NCBI GenBank assembly: GCA_937128795.1 | Contig: CAKZMQ010000018.1 | Coordinates: 74,523-138,522 of the forward strand | Source of the DNA: an uncultured Solirubrobacterales bacterium | GTDB lineage: Bacteria; Actinomycetota; Thermoleophilia; Solirubrobacterales; JACPNS01 | Direction: 5' to 3' | Length of the DNA stretch: 64,000 nucleotides | Part shown: positions 1 through 9,478 of the stretch, piece after piece | Layout of the letters: each line of letters begins with the position of its first letter | Numbering within the stretch: the first letter of the stretch is position 1 | Translations under genes and position numbers: made by a program | Notes under the pieces: model-generated | What the model saw: only the letters and a program-made list of their open reading frames with translations | Databases searched by the model: none | What the model was told of the DNA's origin: nothing

Positions 1-726
1 CCCATCGAGTTTCACGAAGGCATCCGAATCGAATGGCGTAGGACCGTTGGTCATCAGCGCAAGCTGACCGCCCGACCGCAGTGTGATCGACGGCAGCCCG
101 GCGACTGGGTGCACGACCAACGAGCTGCCGACGGCGATCATCAGGTCGGCCGCGGCGGCCAACTCGAACGAGTGCTGCAAAGCCTGCTCCGGGAGCATCT
201 CCCCGAACAACACGACCTTTGGCTTCAGCGGCGGGGCGACGTCGCATTGATCGCAGCGCGGAATGCCGTTCTCGGCGGCCCTGTCGCGCACCCACTCGAG
301 CTCGTAGGTCGCGCCACACGCCACGCAGTCCGAGAACTCGATCGAACCGTGCACCTCGATCAGGTCTTCGGTACCGGCCATGTGGTGGAGTCGGTCGATG
401 TTTTGCGTGATCACGGCCTCGATCAGCCCTCGCTTCTCCAGCTCCGCCAGCGCTTTGTGCGCGCCGTTGGGGACCTTGTCCCCCAGTGATGCGAAACGCT
501 CGCCGTAGAAGCTCCAGAAGCGCTCTGGGTCATTCTGGAAGGTGTCGATGTGGGCGACTTCCATCGGGTCGACGTTGGCCCACATGCCGGTCTCGGGCGT
601 GCGAAAGTCGGGGATGCCGCTCGGCACCGAGACTCCCGCGCCGGTCAGCACAACCGTCTTGCGGGCGCCGACGATCGCTTCGGCCAGCTCGCGAATGGCC
701 GGCGTGATTTCTGCCTGCTTCGGCAT
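1..726 (-). CDS. cobB: NAD-dependent protein deacylase, Sir2/CobB family (C-terminus runs off the left window edge)
   Basis: Absent from the ORF track because there is no stop in the window. My own translation from the ATG at 726 downward gives MPKQAEITPAIRELAEAIVGARKTVVLTGAGVSVPSGIPDFRTP...ITQNIDRLHHMAG...CVACG...CDQC. These are the Sir2 GAGxS/GIPDFR and QNIDxLH motifs plus a 4-Cys zinc ribbon. Confidence 0.85.
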   Translation of the reverse strand, partial: MPKQAEITPAIRELAEAIVGARKTVVLTGAGVSVPSGIPDFRTPETGMWANVDPMEVAHIDTFQNDPERFWSFYGERFASLGDKVPNGAHKALAELEKRGLIEAVITQNIDRLHHMAGTEDLIEVHGSIEFSDCVACGATYELEWVRDRAAENGIPRCDQCDVAPPLKPKVVLFGEMLPEQALQHSFELAAAADLMIAVGSSLVVHPVAGLPSITLRSGGQLALMTNGPTPFDSDAFVKLDG

Positions 727-742
727 GACCCTCAGTACACGT

Positions 743-2701
743 CTAGTTGAACTTGGGCGGACGTTTTTGCAGAAACGCAGCCACGCCCTCCTGCCCGTCT
801 GCAGACTGGACTGCCGCAAGGAACGCGTCGCGTTCGGCGGCGATGCCCTCCTCGAGCGTGTCGTCGTCGGTCAGACGTTTGATCTGCGCAACGGCCTCCT
901 GCGGCAGGCCCGCGTACCGCTCGGCCAGTTTGATCGCGGCGTCGAACAGTTCGTGGTCGGGCACCAGTTGATTGACCAGACCGAGTTCCTCGGCTCGCCA
1001 CGCGCTGATCGCGTCGCCGGTGGCGATCATCTCGAAGGCGGCGGCCTTGCCGATCAGCCGCGGCAGCCGCTGTGACCCGCCAAATCCAGGGATGATGCCC
1101 AGCGTGATCTCCGGCTGACCGAAGATCGCCGACTCGCCGGCCACGCGTAAATTGGCGCTCATCGCGAGCTCGCAACCGCCGCCGAGCGCTGCGCCATTGA
1201 CTGCAGCGATCGTGGTGACGCGACCAGTTTCGAGCGCGCGCATCATCGCGTTGGTGTTGTCGAGGTGCGCAGCGGCCTGTTCTGGGTCCATCGAACCGAA
1301 TCCCTTCAGATCCGCGCCGGCGCTGAACAACGAGATCGTGTTGCTGGCGATCACCAACGAGCGGATGCTTGGGTCGGACTCGACCTTTTCGTGCACAGCC
1401 TTCAGGTCCCGCACGAGGGCCGTCGAAATCGCGTTGACCGGCTTGGAGGCGAGCCACGCGATCGCGACGCTTCCGCGCGTTTCGAGCAGCACAGTTTCAG
1501 TCTGCTCGCCGTCATCGGGCTTCGGGTAAGCGAAAAAGCCCTGCCCAACAGCCTTGCCGGTGCGGCCCTGAGCGACCAAGCGCCTGAGCAACGCCGGCGG
1601 CTCGAAACCTTCACCCCATTGCGTCTTGGCATGTTCGAGCGCGGCGAGGGCGTTGTCGAGACCGAGATCGTCGGCTCGTGTCAATGGGCCCGGCACGATG
1701 CCCGCTCCCATCATCATTCCGAGATCAACCTCGCGGGCGTTTCCGATGCCCTCCTCGACGATCAGAATCGACTCGACGAGCGCGCGCAGGCCGCTCCGGA
1801 GTGCAATCTCGCCCGCCACCGCCATGTCGGCCTCGGGCAGTTCTCCCGGCGCGCCGGCCGGGTCGTAGAAACCCTTGCCGGTCTTGGCGCCGAGGTTTCC
1901 GGCCTCCACCGTCGCCTTGAGAACAGGCGCGACGTAAAACGTGTCGCCGAGCTCGGCGTTTAGGTGTTCCATCACGTGAAGCACCGTGTCGAGGCCAAGC
2001 GTGTCGGTCAGCGTCGCCGGGCCGGCGGGCGCGGCCTTGGTGGCAATCACCGCCGAATCAAGTTGCGCCGGCGACAGGTCGTGGTCGTCCGCCGCGCGGA
2101 ACATTTCTCCGAGACTGCCGGTCAGCACCCGGTTCACGACAAAGCCCGGTGCGTCGGCGCAGACGATCGGCGACTTCTTGATCGCCTGGGCGAAGCCGAA
2201 CGCGATCGTCGACGTTTCGGGAGCGGTCGAATCCCCCTCGATGATCTCGACGAGCTTGGAGTAGCTGGCCGGATAGAAGAAGTGAAAGCCGACGATCTTT
2301 TCGGGTCGCGTTGTCGCTTCGCCGATCTCGTCGATCGAGAGCGCGCTGGTGTTGGTCGCGAGAATCGCGTGGCCGGGAGTGGCAGCGTCGAGTTCGGCGA
2401 AAACGGCCTGCTTGATCGCCATCTTCTCGGGTACGGCCTCGATCACGAAGTCGACGTCGCCGAAGCCGGCGTAGTCGAGTGTTCCGGTGATCAGATCCAT
2501 CAGCTCTGATTTGGCCGATTCGGGCGCCTTGCCCTTTTCGATCAGACGATCGATCAGCGATTCGGCCTTATCGAGGCCGGCGTCAACGAACTTCTGGTCG
2601 ACGTCTTTGAGGAGAACGGGGATTCCGGCGCTGGCGATCACGAAGGCGATCTCGCCGCCCATCGTCCCGGCGCCCACGACTGCGGCTTTTGTGACTTTCA
2701 T
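743..2701 (-). CDS. Fused 3-hydroxyacyl-CoA dehydrogenase / enoyl-CoA hydratase (beta-oxidation); HADH domain N-terminal, crotonase domain C-terminal
   Basis: 652-aa ORF. The N-terminus has the Rossmann NAD site VVGAGTMGGEIAFV. The C-terminal third has crotonase-fold signatures (FSAGADLKGF, GGGCELAM). Confidence 0.9.
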   Translation of the reverse strand: MKVTKAAVVGAGTMGGEIAFVIASAGIPVLLKDVDQKFVDAGLDKAESLIDRLIEKGKAPESAKSELMDLITGTLDYAGFGDVDFVIEAVPEKMAIKQAVFAELDAATPGHAILATNTSALSIDEIGEATTRPEKIVGFHFFYPASYSKLVEIIEGDSTAPETSTIAFGFAQAIKKSPIVCADAPGFVVNRVLTGSLGEMFRAADDHDLSPAQLDSAVIATKAAPAGPATLTDTLGLDTVLHVMEHLNAELGDTFYVAPVLKATVEAGNLGAKTGKGFYDPAGAPGELPEADMAVAGEIALRSGLRALVESILIVEEGIGNAREVDLGMMMGAGIVPGPLTRADDLGLDNALAALEHAKTQWGEGFEPPALLRRLVAQGRTGKAVGQGFFAYPKPDDGEQTETVLLETRGSVAIAWLASKPVNAISTALVRDLKAVHEKVESDPSIRSLVIASNTISLFSAGADLKGFGSMDPEQAAAHLDNTNAMMRALETGRVTTIAAVNGAALGGGCELAMSANLRVAGESAIFGQPEITLGIIPGFGGSQRLPRLIGKAAAFEMIATGDAISAWRAEELGLVNQLVPDHELFDAAIKLAERYAGLPQEAVAQIKRLTDDDTLEEGIAAERDAFLAAVQSADGQEGVAAFLQKRPPKFN

Positions 2702-2709
2702 GGCGCGAA

Positions 2710-2743
2710 CAGTACTGATTCAGTACTGCGTGATTCAGTACTG
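2710..2743. repeat. Three copies of the self-complementary octamer CAGTACTG (2710-2717, 2721-2728, 2736-2743) in the 48-bp spacer between the PadR stop and the HADH/ECH start; candidate operator or mutually exclusive RNA hairpins
   Basis: Read directly. On the minus strand the units are AATCACGCAGTACTG x2 then AATCAGTACTG. The last copy ends 9 nt before the ATG at 2701. Confidence 0.8.
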
Positions 2744-2749
2744 CGTGAT

Positions 2750-3322
2750 TCAGGCGTCGAGCTCGGCTTTGATGTCGGCCAGCGTCGTGGTCAGCGTGCT
2801 CAGTGCTTCGCGAGCGCCGGGGAGCAATCGCGCGAGTTCGTCCTCGCCCGCCTTTGTAAGGGTGTAGAAACGACGGCTGCGGCGTTCCGGGTGCTCCCAC
2901 TGACCCTCGATCAGGCCGCGCGCTTCGAAGTCTCTGAGCAGTGGATACATCGTGTTCGGATTGACCGTGAGCACGCCGCCGGTAAGCGTCGTGATGCGGT
3001 CGATCAACTGGTTGCCGTAGGTCGGCTCGTCGCGCGCGAAGTGCAGCACCAGCAGGGGCAGCAGTTGCTTGCGCAGCTCTCCGGCGAGCGGGTCCTTACC
3101 ACCACGCTTTTTCGCAGCGGGAGCGGCCGACGGGTCGGCGACGGCTTCGCGTTGCTCGCGTAGGTATTGCTCGGCGGCGGCACCTGCGGCTTTGGCGACG
3201 GCGTTCTTGGGGATCGATTTCTCGCGCTTGGCGGACTCGTCGGGCACGGGGTGAGGATACGGGTTGGACGGCGCCGGCTCTCGGGGCGACCCGTTCAGTC
3301 CGTCGTTCAGCCGATCGTTCAA
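2750..3322 (-). CDS. PadR-family transcriptional regulator with a long low-complexity N-terminal extension (start uncertain, TTG at 3322)
   Basis: The C-terminal 100 aa show the PadR winged-helix pattern: YGNQLIDRITTLTGGVLTVNPNTMYPLLRDFEARGLIEGQWEHPERRSRRFYTLTKAGEDEL. Confidence 0.85.
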   Translation of the reverse strand: MNDRLNDGLNGSPREPAPSNPYPHPVPDESAKREKSIPKNAVAKAAGAAAEQYLREQREAVADPSAAPAAKKRGGKDPLAGELRKQLLPLLVLHFARDEPTYGNQLIDRITTLTGGVLTVNPNTMYPLLRDFEARGLIEGQWEHPERRSRRFYTLTKAGEDELARLLPGAREALSTLTTTLADIKAELDA

Positions 3323-3334
3323 CCGATCGTTCAG
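3287..3334. repeat. Four tandem 12-nt units (minus strand [C/T]TGAACGAnnGn) spanning the gene junction
   Basis: Plus strand reads CCGTTCAG TCCGTCGTTCAG CCGATCGTTCAA CCGATCGTTCAG. The units encode LNDR/LNDG/LNG at the PadR N-terminus. They also place four in-frame TGA codons behind the upstream gene. Confidence 0.8.
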
Positions 3335-3909
3335 CCCAGCAGAGCGACTGCCTCGTGCAGACGGTCGTCCCCGAAAAACGCCTGATCACCGACGACAACG
3401 GTGGGTACGCCGATCGCTCCGGCCGCCAGTGCGGCCTCGGTGTTTTCGATCAGCTTCTGCTTGACGGCCGCATCATCGGTCGCCGCGATCAAATCGCCCG
3501 GGTCGATTCCGGCGCGGTGCGCGGCAAGCTCGACGTTGTCCGGGTCGCTGAGCGGCAGCGCCTCGTTGAACTGAACCTCGAACGCGGCGCGCGCGAACCG
3601 ACGACCGGCGCCGATCTCGTGCGCGTGGACGGCGGCGCGCATCGCCCGCAGGCCATTATTCGGCCAGGGCTCCGGGTAGTTGAACGGCCGCATCCCGCGC
3701 GCGGTGGCACGCGCCGCGATCTCTGCCATCCCGTCAGCACGAAGCGGAGTCTCTGCCCACGAAGAACGACCAGTCGCCTTGAAGATCCCACCAAGCAGAA
3801 CCGGCACCCACTCCACCGAGACACCCTCGTCAAACTCAAGATCGATCCGATCCGCCGTCAAATACGCATACGGCGACCCGAGGTCGTAGTAGAAGATCAC
3901 GCCAGACAT
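3331..3909 (-). CDS. DsbA-family thioredoxin-fold protein, 2-hydroxychromene-2-carboxylate isomerase-like
   Basis: Trimmed from the 252-aa ORF to the ATG at 3909 (MSGVIFYYDLGSPYAYL...). The upstream 60 codons are read-through of the repeat element. GVPTVVVGDQAFFGDDRL near the C-terminus is typical of the HCCA-isomerase/DsbA-like family. Confidence 0.75.
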   Translation of the reverse strand: MSGVIFYYDLGSPYAYLTADRIDLEFDEGVSVEWVPVLLGGIFKATGRSSWAETPLRADGMAEIAARATARGMRPFNYPEPWPNNGLRAMRAAVHAHEIGAGRRFARAAFEVQFNEALPLSDPDNVELAAHRAGIDPGDLIAATDDAAVKQKLIENTEAALAAGAIGVPTVVVGDQAFFGDDRLHEAVALLG

Positions 3910-3925
3910 GGCCGAGAGAATATGG

Positions 3926-4027
3926 CCTGCAAGGTCCGAGGTTGCAAGCGGAATCCAATGGCCTGCAAGGTCCGAGGTTGCAAGCGACATTCCATCTCGA
4001 CCCGGCTTGCAAGGTCCGAGGTTGCAA
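3926..4027 (+). repeat. Three direct copies of the motif (C/T)TGCAAGGTCCGAGGTTGCAA (3928-3948, 3964-3984, 4007-4027)
   Basis: Read directly. The motif is two palindromic TTGCAA hexamers separated by GGTCCGAGG. Copy 1 extends to CCTGCAAGGTCCGAGGTTGCAAGCGGAATC, one mismatch from the 30-bp terminal repeat at 43852. Confidence 0.9.
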
Positions 4028-4154
4028 CGGAAATCTGCCTGAGTGGACGCCTGACGACAATTACCATCTTCCATCCGTGTCGATCCCATCAGTCACGACC
4101 GGAGGGTTCACGCCAATCGATCTATCACCACTAAAAATTGCTGTTTCCGTGGCC

Positions 4155-4466
4155 ATGCTGGTGTGGTTGTCACCGTATGTCAGCGGTTGGGCATTTCGCG
4201 CCATGAGGCGGATCCGACCCAGCTACACGCACCGATCGGCAACTGCCATTGACATCCTCGTTGCCGTCGTAGGTGGGTTGATCATCTCTGCGTGGTGGGC
4301 CCTTCTGATACCGATGATCGCACTCATTCCAGCGATTCCATCGATATGGCGAGATGAAGACCCGAGCCTGAGTCCGATTGGCAAAGTCGTTGGGGTATAT
4401 CTGATGGCTGTCGTGTTCTCAGTGGTTCCTGTCGCTCTCGGCGTAGCTGTCTCGCGAAGTTTCTGA
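4155..4466 (+). CDS. Small hydrophobic membrane protein (about 103 aa), unknown function
   Basis: This is the in-frame ATG within ORF 3942..4466, whose upstream part is repeat read-through. Hydrophobic segments include AIDILVAVVGGLIISAWWALLIPMIALIPAIP and VVGVYLMAVVFSVVPVALGVAV. A strong terminator follows 80 nt downstream. Confidence 0.5.
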   Translation: MLVWLSPYVSGWAFRAMRRIRPSYTHRSATAIDILVAVVGGLIISAWWALLIPMIALIPAIPSIWRDEDPSLSPIGKVVGVYLMAVVFSVVPVALGVAVSRSF

Positions 4467-4545
4467 CCGAAGCGAACATGCGGGCTGCGCGGCGAACCGT
4501 TTGTCCGTTGGGCAACCCGAGCCGCATTCCAACGGGAGAAATACC

Positions 4546-4583
4546 CTTTGCCCTCGCCCGACGGCGAGGGCAAAGCGCTTTTT
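4546..4583 (+). terminator. Rho-independent terminator
   Basis: Perfect 13-bp stem CTTTGCCCTCGCC / GGCGAGGGCAAAG with a 4-nt loop (CGAC), followed by CGCTTTTT. Confidence 0.8.
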
Positions 4584-4588
4584 ACGGC

Positions 4589-4632
4589 TTGCAACCTCGG
4601 ACCTTGCAAACTTGCAACCTCGGACCTTGCAA
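4589..4632 (-). repeat. Two tandem reverse-complement copies of the 21-bp motif (TTGCAACCTCGGACCTTGCAA at 4589-4609 and 4612-4632)
   Basis: Read directly. Confidence 0.9.
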
Positions 4633-4690
4633 AGAAAAGGACGACCCGCCGGGGTCGCCCTTTCCAAACAACGAATGTGACCTGGTCGCG

Positions 4691-5854
<1,164 letters not shown>

Positions 5855-6113
5855 GTTGGAGTGCTCCTTGCGGTGTTCAGGGTCGATTCTGACTTGCGGG
5901 GTTGTCTTGCTTCACACAGAAACTGCAATACAAAAGATGCTGCGGAGCGCGGTTGTGGGATCCGGCCGTTCATGGGCCGTGACCGCAGATAAAGGCGCGC
6001 GCCTCTACACGATGTATTCGCTGCGAGTGTAGCGTTCAGTTGCCAACGTCCGAACGTCCGTGCGGATCAGCCGTACACGCGGCAAACCCGCTTCGTTGTG
6101 CGGTTCAACCGGG

Positions 6114-6944
6114 TCAGAAACCGAGCAGTTCGGCCACGCCGCCGAGTTCCGAGCGATCAACAACGTTGCTCGGTTTCTCAATCGTCACCGATTCGTTGAT
6201 CTCGGTCAGGGTCAATGTTGCGCGAACGCCGGCCTCTGTGCTGCCGCGACTGATCGGAACATTGATCGAAAGGCTGCGCGGGAATCCATCCGGCGCCACG
6301 GCGATCGTGGCGGTCGCGTCGGAGACCGACTTCTCGAGGTCATCGGCCGTTCCCAAACCGGGGACCGACAACTCGGCGATCCCGTCGTTGTTCTCTTTCG
6401 CATCGGCGAGCAACTTCTTCACGTCGATGTCGACGTTGTAGACCTTCAACGTCTCGCCGCCCTCTTGGCGGTCCTCGACCTGTTCAGCACCGCTGACGTA
6501 CTGGTCCAGCGAATCGATGAAGCCCTTGATGCTCGCGGGATCGAGACCGCCGGATGCTTTGGAATCGACCTCTGCCGCCTTGTCATCGATCTTCACGTAG
6601 CTCTGCCCGTCGACGGCCGCGAATCCGACGAGTTGATCGGTGCCGGCGACCTGGATTGTCAGATCGAGGTCGTAGGCGGCGCCGCCCTTCGCTTCGGTGT
6701 CGAACGGTCCACCACCAACGATGTCGAACGACGGCGGCAGGCTGCCGGTGAGCACCGATGCCTTCAGGTCGGCGTTGCCGCTGGTGATCGTCGCCGCTTT
6801 GGTGAGCGCCGCGCTAACGGCTTCGTCCGCCGAAACCCCGTCCTCGGAGTCACCGCAGCCAGCAACTGCCAGCGACGCAGCAACGGCAATGGCCACCAGC
6901 AAATACGGCAGAGAAAATCGCGAGTTGAACAGTCGAGCGCTCAT
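6114..6944 (-). CDS. Secreted lipoprotein, function unknown (LprG/LppX-like LolA-fold suspected)
   Basis: Signal peptide plus lipobox LAVAGC. The layout resembles LprG-type lipoproteins only by my recollection of that family. It is a paralogue of the next gene. Confidence 0.6.
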   Translation of the reverse strand: MSARLFNSRFSLPYLLVAIAVAASLAVAGCGDSEDGVSADEAVSAALTKAATITSGNADLKASVLTGSLPPSFDIVGGGPFDTEAKGGAAYDLDLTIQVAGTDQLVGFAAVDGQSYVKIDDKAAEVDSKASGGLDPASIKGFIDSLDQYVSGAEQVEDRQEGGETLKVYNVDIDVKKLLADAKENNDGIAELSVPGLGTADDLEKSVSDATATIAVAPDGFPRSLSINVPISRGSTEAGVRATLTLTEINESVTIEKPSNVVDRSELGGVAELLGF

Positions 6945-6956
6945 CAGCTGCGCACC

Positions 6957-8012
6957 CTACTTGCCGTCGCCGTCGTCCAGGGCCGTTCCCTGCTGCGCAG
7001 CGGTGCTTTCGGCCAGCGATTGCAGCGCGCTGTAGGGCAACGGGTCTTTCGGCGGCTTCACATCGACCGGCTGGTTTGGCTTGGAGATGCCGACGACGAG
7101 ATTCATTCGCCCGCCGGTCACGCCGCCGGTCGCCTCGGTCAGATCTTCTGGCGTTGAAAAGTCCATCTTCAGGTCGATCAGCCGGACTATGCGGTCATAG
7201 CGTCCGACGTAGACGACGACGGAAGCGTCCTTGATCCCCTCCTTGATCTCCTCGATGTCCTTGTCGGACAACTCGGGGATCTCGGAACCGGTGATCGAAC
7301 CAAGCGTGCCGGCGGAGGCAGCAAGGTCGCGAATCGCCTCGACGACGTTCACTTCTGCCGAGGTCTGCCAGGTGGCCGTGCCGTCGATGTCGCGACCGCC
7401 CGCGACCTTCGGATTGACGAGCCACTTGTCGAAGTTGAGCGTGATGCCGGTAAGGCCCTTGCCTTCGCCGGGCTCGCTGAGGTCTTTGGTGGCTTCCTTG
7501 AGTTCTTTGGTCGCCGAGTCGGGCAGCTCATAGGCCTGGCCCTGGATAACCGAATAAGCCTTGTCGCCGGTGGTCAGCAGCGTGACGGTGTTGCCGCGAC
7601 CGCCGGAACTGACGGTGTATTCGATCTTCGCCAGCGGCAGGTCTTTGCCGGGGACGATTTCGAATGGACCACTGAGCTTGATCGTGGACGGCAACGCATC
7701 CTCGGCGCCCTGCGGTGTGATCGTGATCTCAAAGCTGAAGATGCCGCGATTGACCTCGCCGAAGCTGCTGGTCGCCTGCTTCATCAGGTCGGCCGAGCTG
7801 GGCGTGCCGGTTGCGAGGATCAGTGCGACGAAAACGAGGAACGCAGCGACCGGCGCCGCGACCCACGAGAGCGTCGAGCGATTCAGTTTCGGGCGCTGCG
7901 TACCGCTCTGCTTATCGCTCTGCTTATCGCGCGGCTCATCGCGCTGCTCATCGCGCGGCTCATCGCGCTGCTCATCGCGCGGCTCGTCTTTTTCTATCTC
8001 GTTTTCAGACAC
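6957..8012 (-). CDS. Membrane-anchored paralogue of the adjacent lipoprotein, with a DEPRDEQR-repeat cytoplasmic tail
   Basis: 351 aa. The N-terminus is EKDEPRDEQRDEPRDEQRDEPRDKQSDKQSG. One TM segment follows (LSWVAAPVAAFLVFVALILATG). The ectodomain aligns by eye with 6114..6944. Confidence 0.6.
   Translation of the reverse strand: MSENEIEKDEPRDEQRDEPRDEQRDEPRDKQSDKQSGTQRPKLNRSTLSWVAAPVAAFLVFVALILATGTPSSADLMKQATSSFGEVNRGIFSFEITITPQGAEDALPSTIKLSGPFEIVPGKDLPLAKIEYTVSSGGRGNTVTLLTTGDKAYSVIQGQAYELPDSATKELKEATKDLSEPGEGKGLTGITLNFDKWLVNPKVAGGRDIDGTATWQTSAEVNVVEAIRDLAASAGTLGSITGSEIPELSDKDIEEIKEGIKDASVVVYVGRYDRIVRLIDLKMDFSTPEDLTEATGGVTGGRMNLVVGISKPNQPVDVKPPKDPLPYSALQSLAESTAAQQGTALDDGDGK
7905..7988. 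repeat. In-frame tandem repeat, 12-nt period (24-nt unit about three times), encoding the DEPRDEQR repeats
   Basis: Plus strand reads CTGCTTATCG CTCTGCTTATCG CGCGGCTCATCG CGCTGCTCATCG CGCGGCTCATCG CGCTGCTCATCG CGCGGCTCGTC. Confidence 0.85.
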
Positions 8013-8169
8013 AACAAGGCCGACGTTAGCAACGAAGCCGGCCCCCGCAAGCAGCCTTAAAAGCGCCTCAACAACCCCCGTCCAAGCGGTGACACGCAGG
8101 CATTTTTGCGTATTGCACGATTACTCGCGAAGCGCAACTCATCGGCCGCAGGCGTTTTATGTTCTGTGC

Positions 8170-9471
8170 ATGCGAATTTCCCAACCGAACACCCTTCGGC
8201 CGCTTCTGATTGGCCTATTAGCGGCCGTTTCGCTGGTGCTGGCGCCGAGCGCAAGTGCGGCCTCGGTCAATGGCTCGATCAGCAAACTCCAGAAATCTGG
8301 TGTGATCGACCCCGCCAAAGCGACTGCCGCGCGCAAGAGCTACCGCGAAGCGCGCAGCGTGCGAAAGCGCCTATCCGGTTCCCGCCGCACGGCGATGAAC
8401 CACCAGATCCGAACGGTCGAATCGTTGGCTCGCCAGAACCGCATCACCGGCGACCGTGTCACGCCACTGTTCGAGACACTCCAGGTCAACGCAGACTGGT
8501 TTCGAAAGAACGGCCCTGCCGCCGCCGGCACCGATCGCCGATTCAAGCGAACCGGCCGCATCATCTTCCAGTACTTCTCGGGACAGGGCTGGGAGTTTCA
8601 TCCGCTCAGCAACTTCGCCAAGCTCAACGCCGTCTGGACCGACAAATCCGCTGCTGCGCGTCGTGCGCTGGGCAAGTATGCGCACGAATTGATCGCCTGG
8701 GGCGTCAACCGTGGCGGTGCGCTGACCTGGGAGTACTACTTCAAGTTTTCCGGCAGCCGGGCGCCTTTCATCAGCTCGATCTCTCAGGGCACGGCGATCC
8801 AAGCGCTCGCAAGGGCTGGCCGAGCGGTGGAGGACGAGCGAATTTTCGCTGCCGCCAAGCAAGCCGTAAATTCGTTTGAGGTTCGAGTGCCCGTCGGGTT
8901 GAAGGTTTCTCGCGAGTACGGCTATCACTTCATCGGATACTCGGGAAACCGCCGCGCGTTGATCCTCAACATGTTTCTGCAGTCGCTCGACGGGCTGCAC
9001 GACTACTCCGTGATCACCGGCGACGAGGGTGCGTGGACGCTCTACCGCGAAGGGCTGAAGGCTGCGCGTCGCGAGACCGTGCTCAGCGACACCGGCGCCT
9101 GGTCGCTCTACAGCGTTGGTGGCGGCGAATCGTCGCTGCACTACCACAACCTCTTGACTGGGTTCATCGCGAAACTCTGCGATTCGACGACCGAAGAGGT
9201 GTTCTGCAAGACGCGCGCGAAGTTTGATGTGTACAAGACGCGACGCCCGAGGGTGACCTCGGTGAAGAAGCGCTTCAAGCGCGGGCGGATCTACGTGAGC
9301 TTCCGACTTTCGAAGGTCTCGACCGTGCGCGTGACCACCAGGGGTGGCGGCACTGCGATCGCAACCGTCGGACGCGGCAAGCGAAAATTCAGTGTCAAAC
9401 GAGGACGTTCACGCACAATTAACCTATATGTGACCGATCTCGCTGGAAACCGAACGACACTTCGCCGATAA
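8170..9471 (+). CDS. Secreted D-glucuronyl C5-epimerase C-terminal-domain-like protein with an extra basic beta-rich C-terminal domain
   Basis: Trimmed from the 636-aa ORF to the in-frame ATG at 8170 (MRISQPNTLRPLLIGLLAAVSLVLAPSASA signal peptide). The pattern FISSISQGTAIQALARAG ... LNMFLQSLDGLHDY ... WSLYS...SLHYHNLL matches my recollection of the C5-epim_C family. Confidence 0.6.
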   Translation: MRISQPNTLRPLLIGLLAAVSLVLAPSASAASVNGSISKLQKSGVIDPAKATAARKSYREARSVRKRLSGSRRTAMNHQIRTVESLARQNRITGDRVTPLFETLQVNADWFRKNGPAAAGTDRRFKRTGRIIFQYFSGQGWEFHPLSNFAKLNAVWTDKSAAARRALGKYAHELIAWGVNRGGALTWEYYFKFSGSRAPFISSISQGTAIQALARAGRAVEDERIFAAAKQAVNSFEVRVPVGLKVSREYGYHFIGYSGNRRALILNMFLQSLDGLHDYSVITGDEGAWTLYREGLKAARRETVLSDTGAWSLYSVGGGESSLHYHNLLTGFIAKLCDSTTEEVFCKTRAKFDVYKTRRPRVTSVKKRFKRGRIYVSFRLSKVSTVRVTTRGGGTAIATVGRGKRKFSVKRGRSRTINLYVTDLAGNRTTLRR

Positions 9472-9478
9472 AGGCCAT

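Larger units (their letters stand above)
3926..4632. mobile_element. Possible non-autonomous insertion / REP-bounded cassette: inverted clusters of the 21-bp motif flanking a small membrane-protein gene and its terminator
   Basis: There are three motif copies on the left and two reverse-complement copies on the right. The interior is visibly more A/T-rich, with more A/T third codon positions than neighbouring genes. It sits on the opposite strand inside a minus-strand gene series. No transposase is present. Confidence 0.3.

Noticed and set aside
3926-4632. Repeated 21-mers as a CRISPR array
   Set aside because: There are only 3+2 copies in opposite orientations, with irregular 15-22-nt and ~560-nt spacing and no cas genes. 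The pattern fits REP/MITE-type repeats, not CRISPR.
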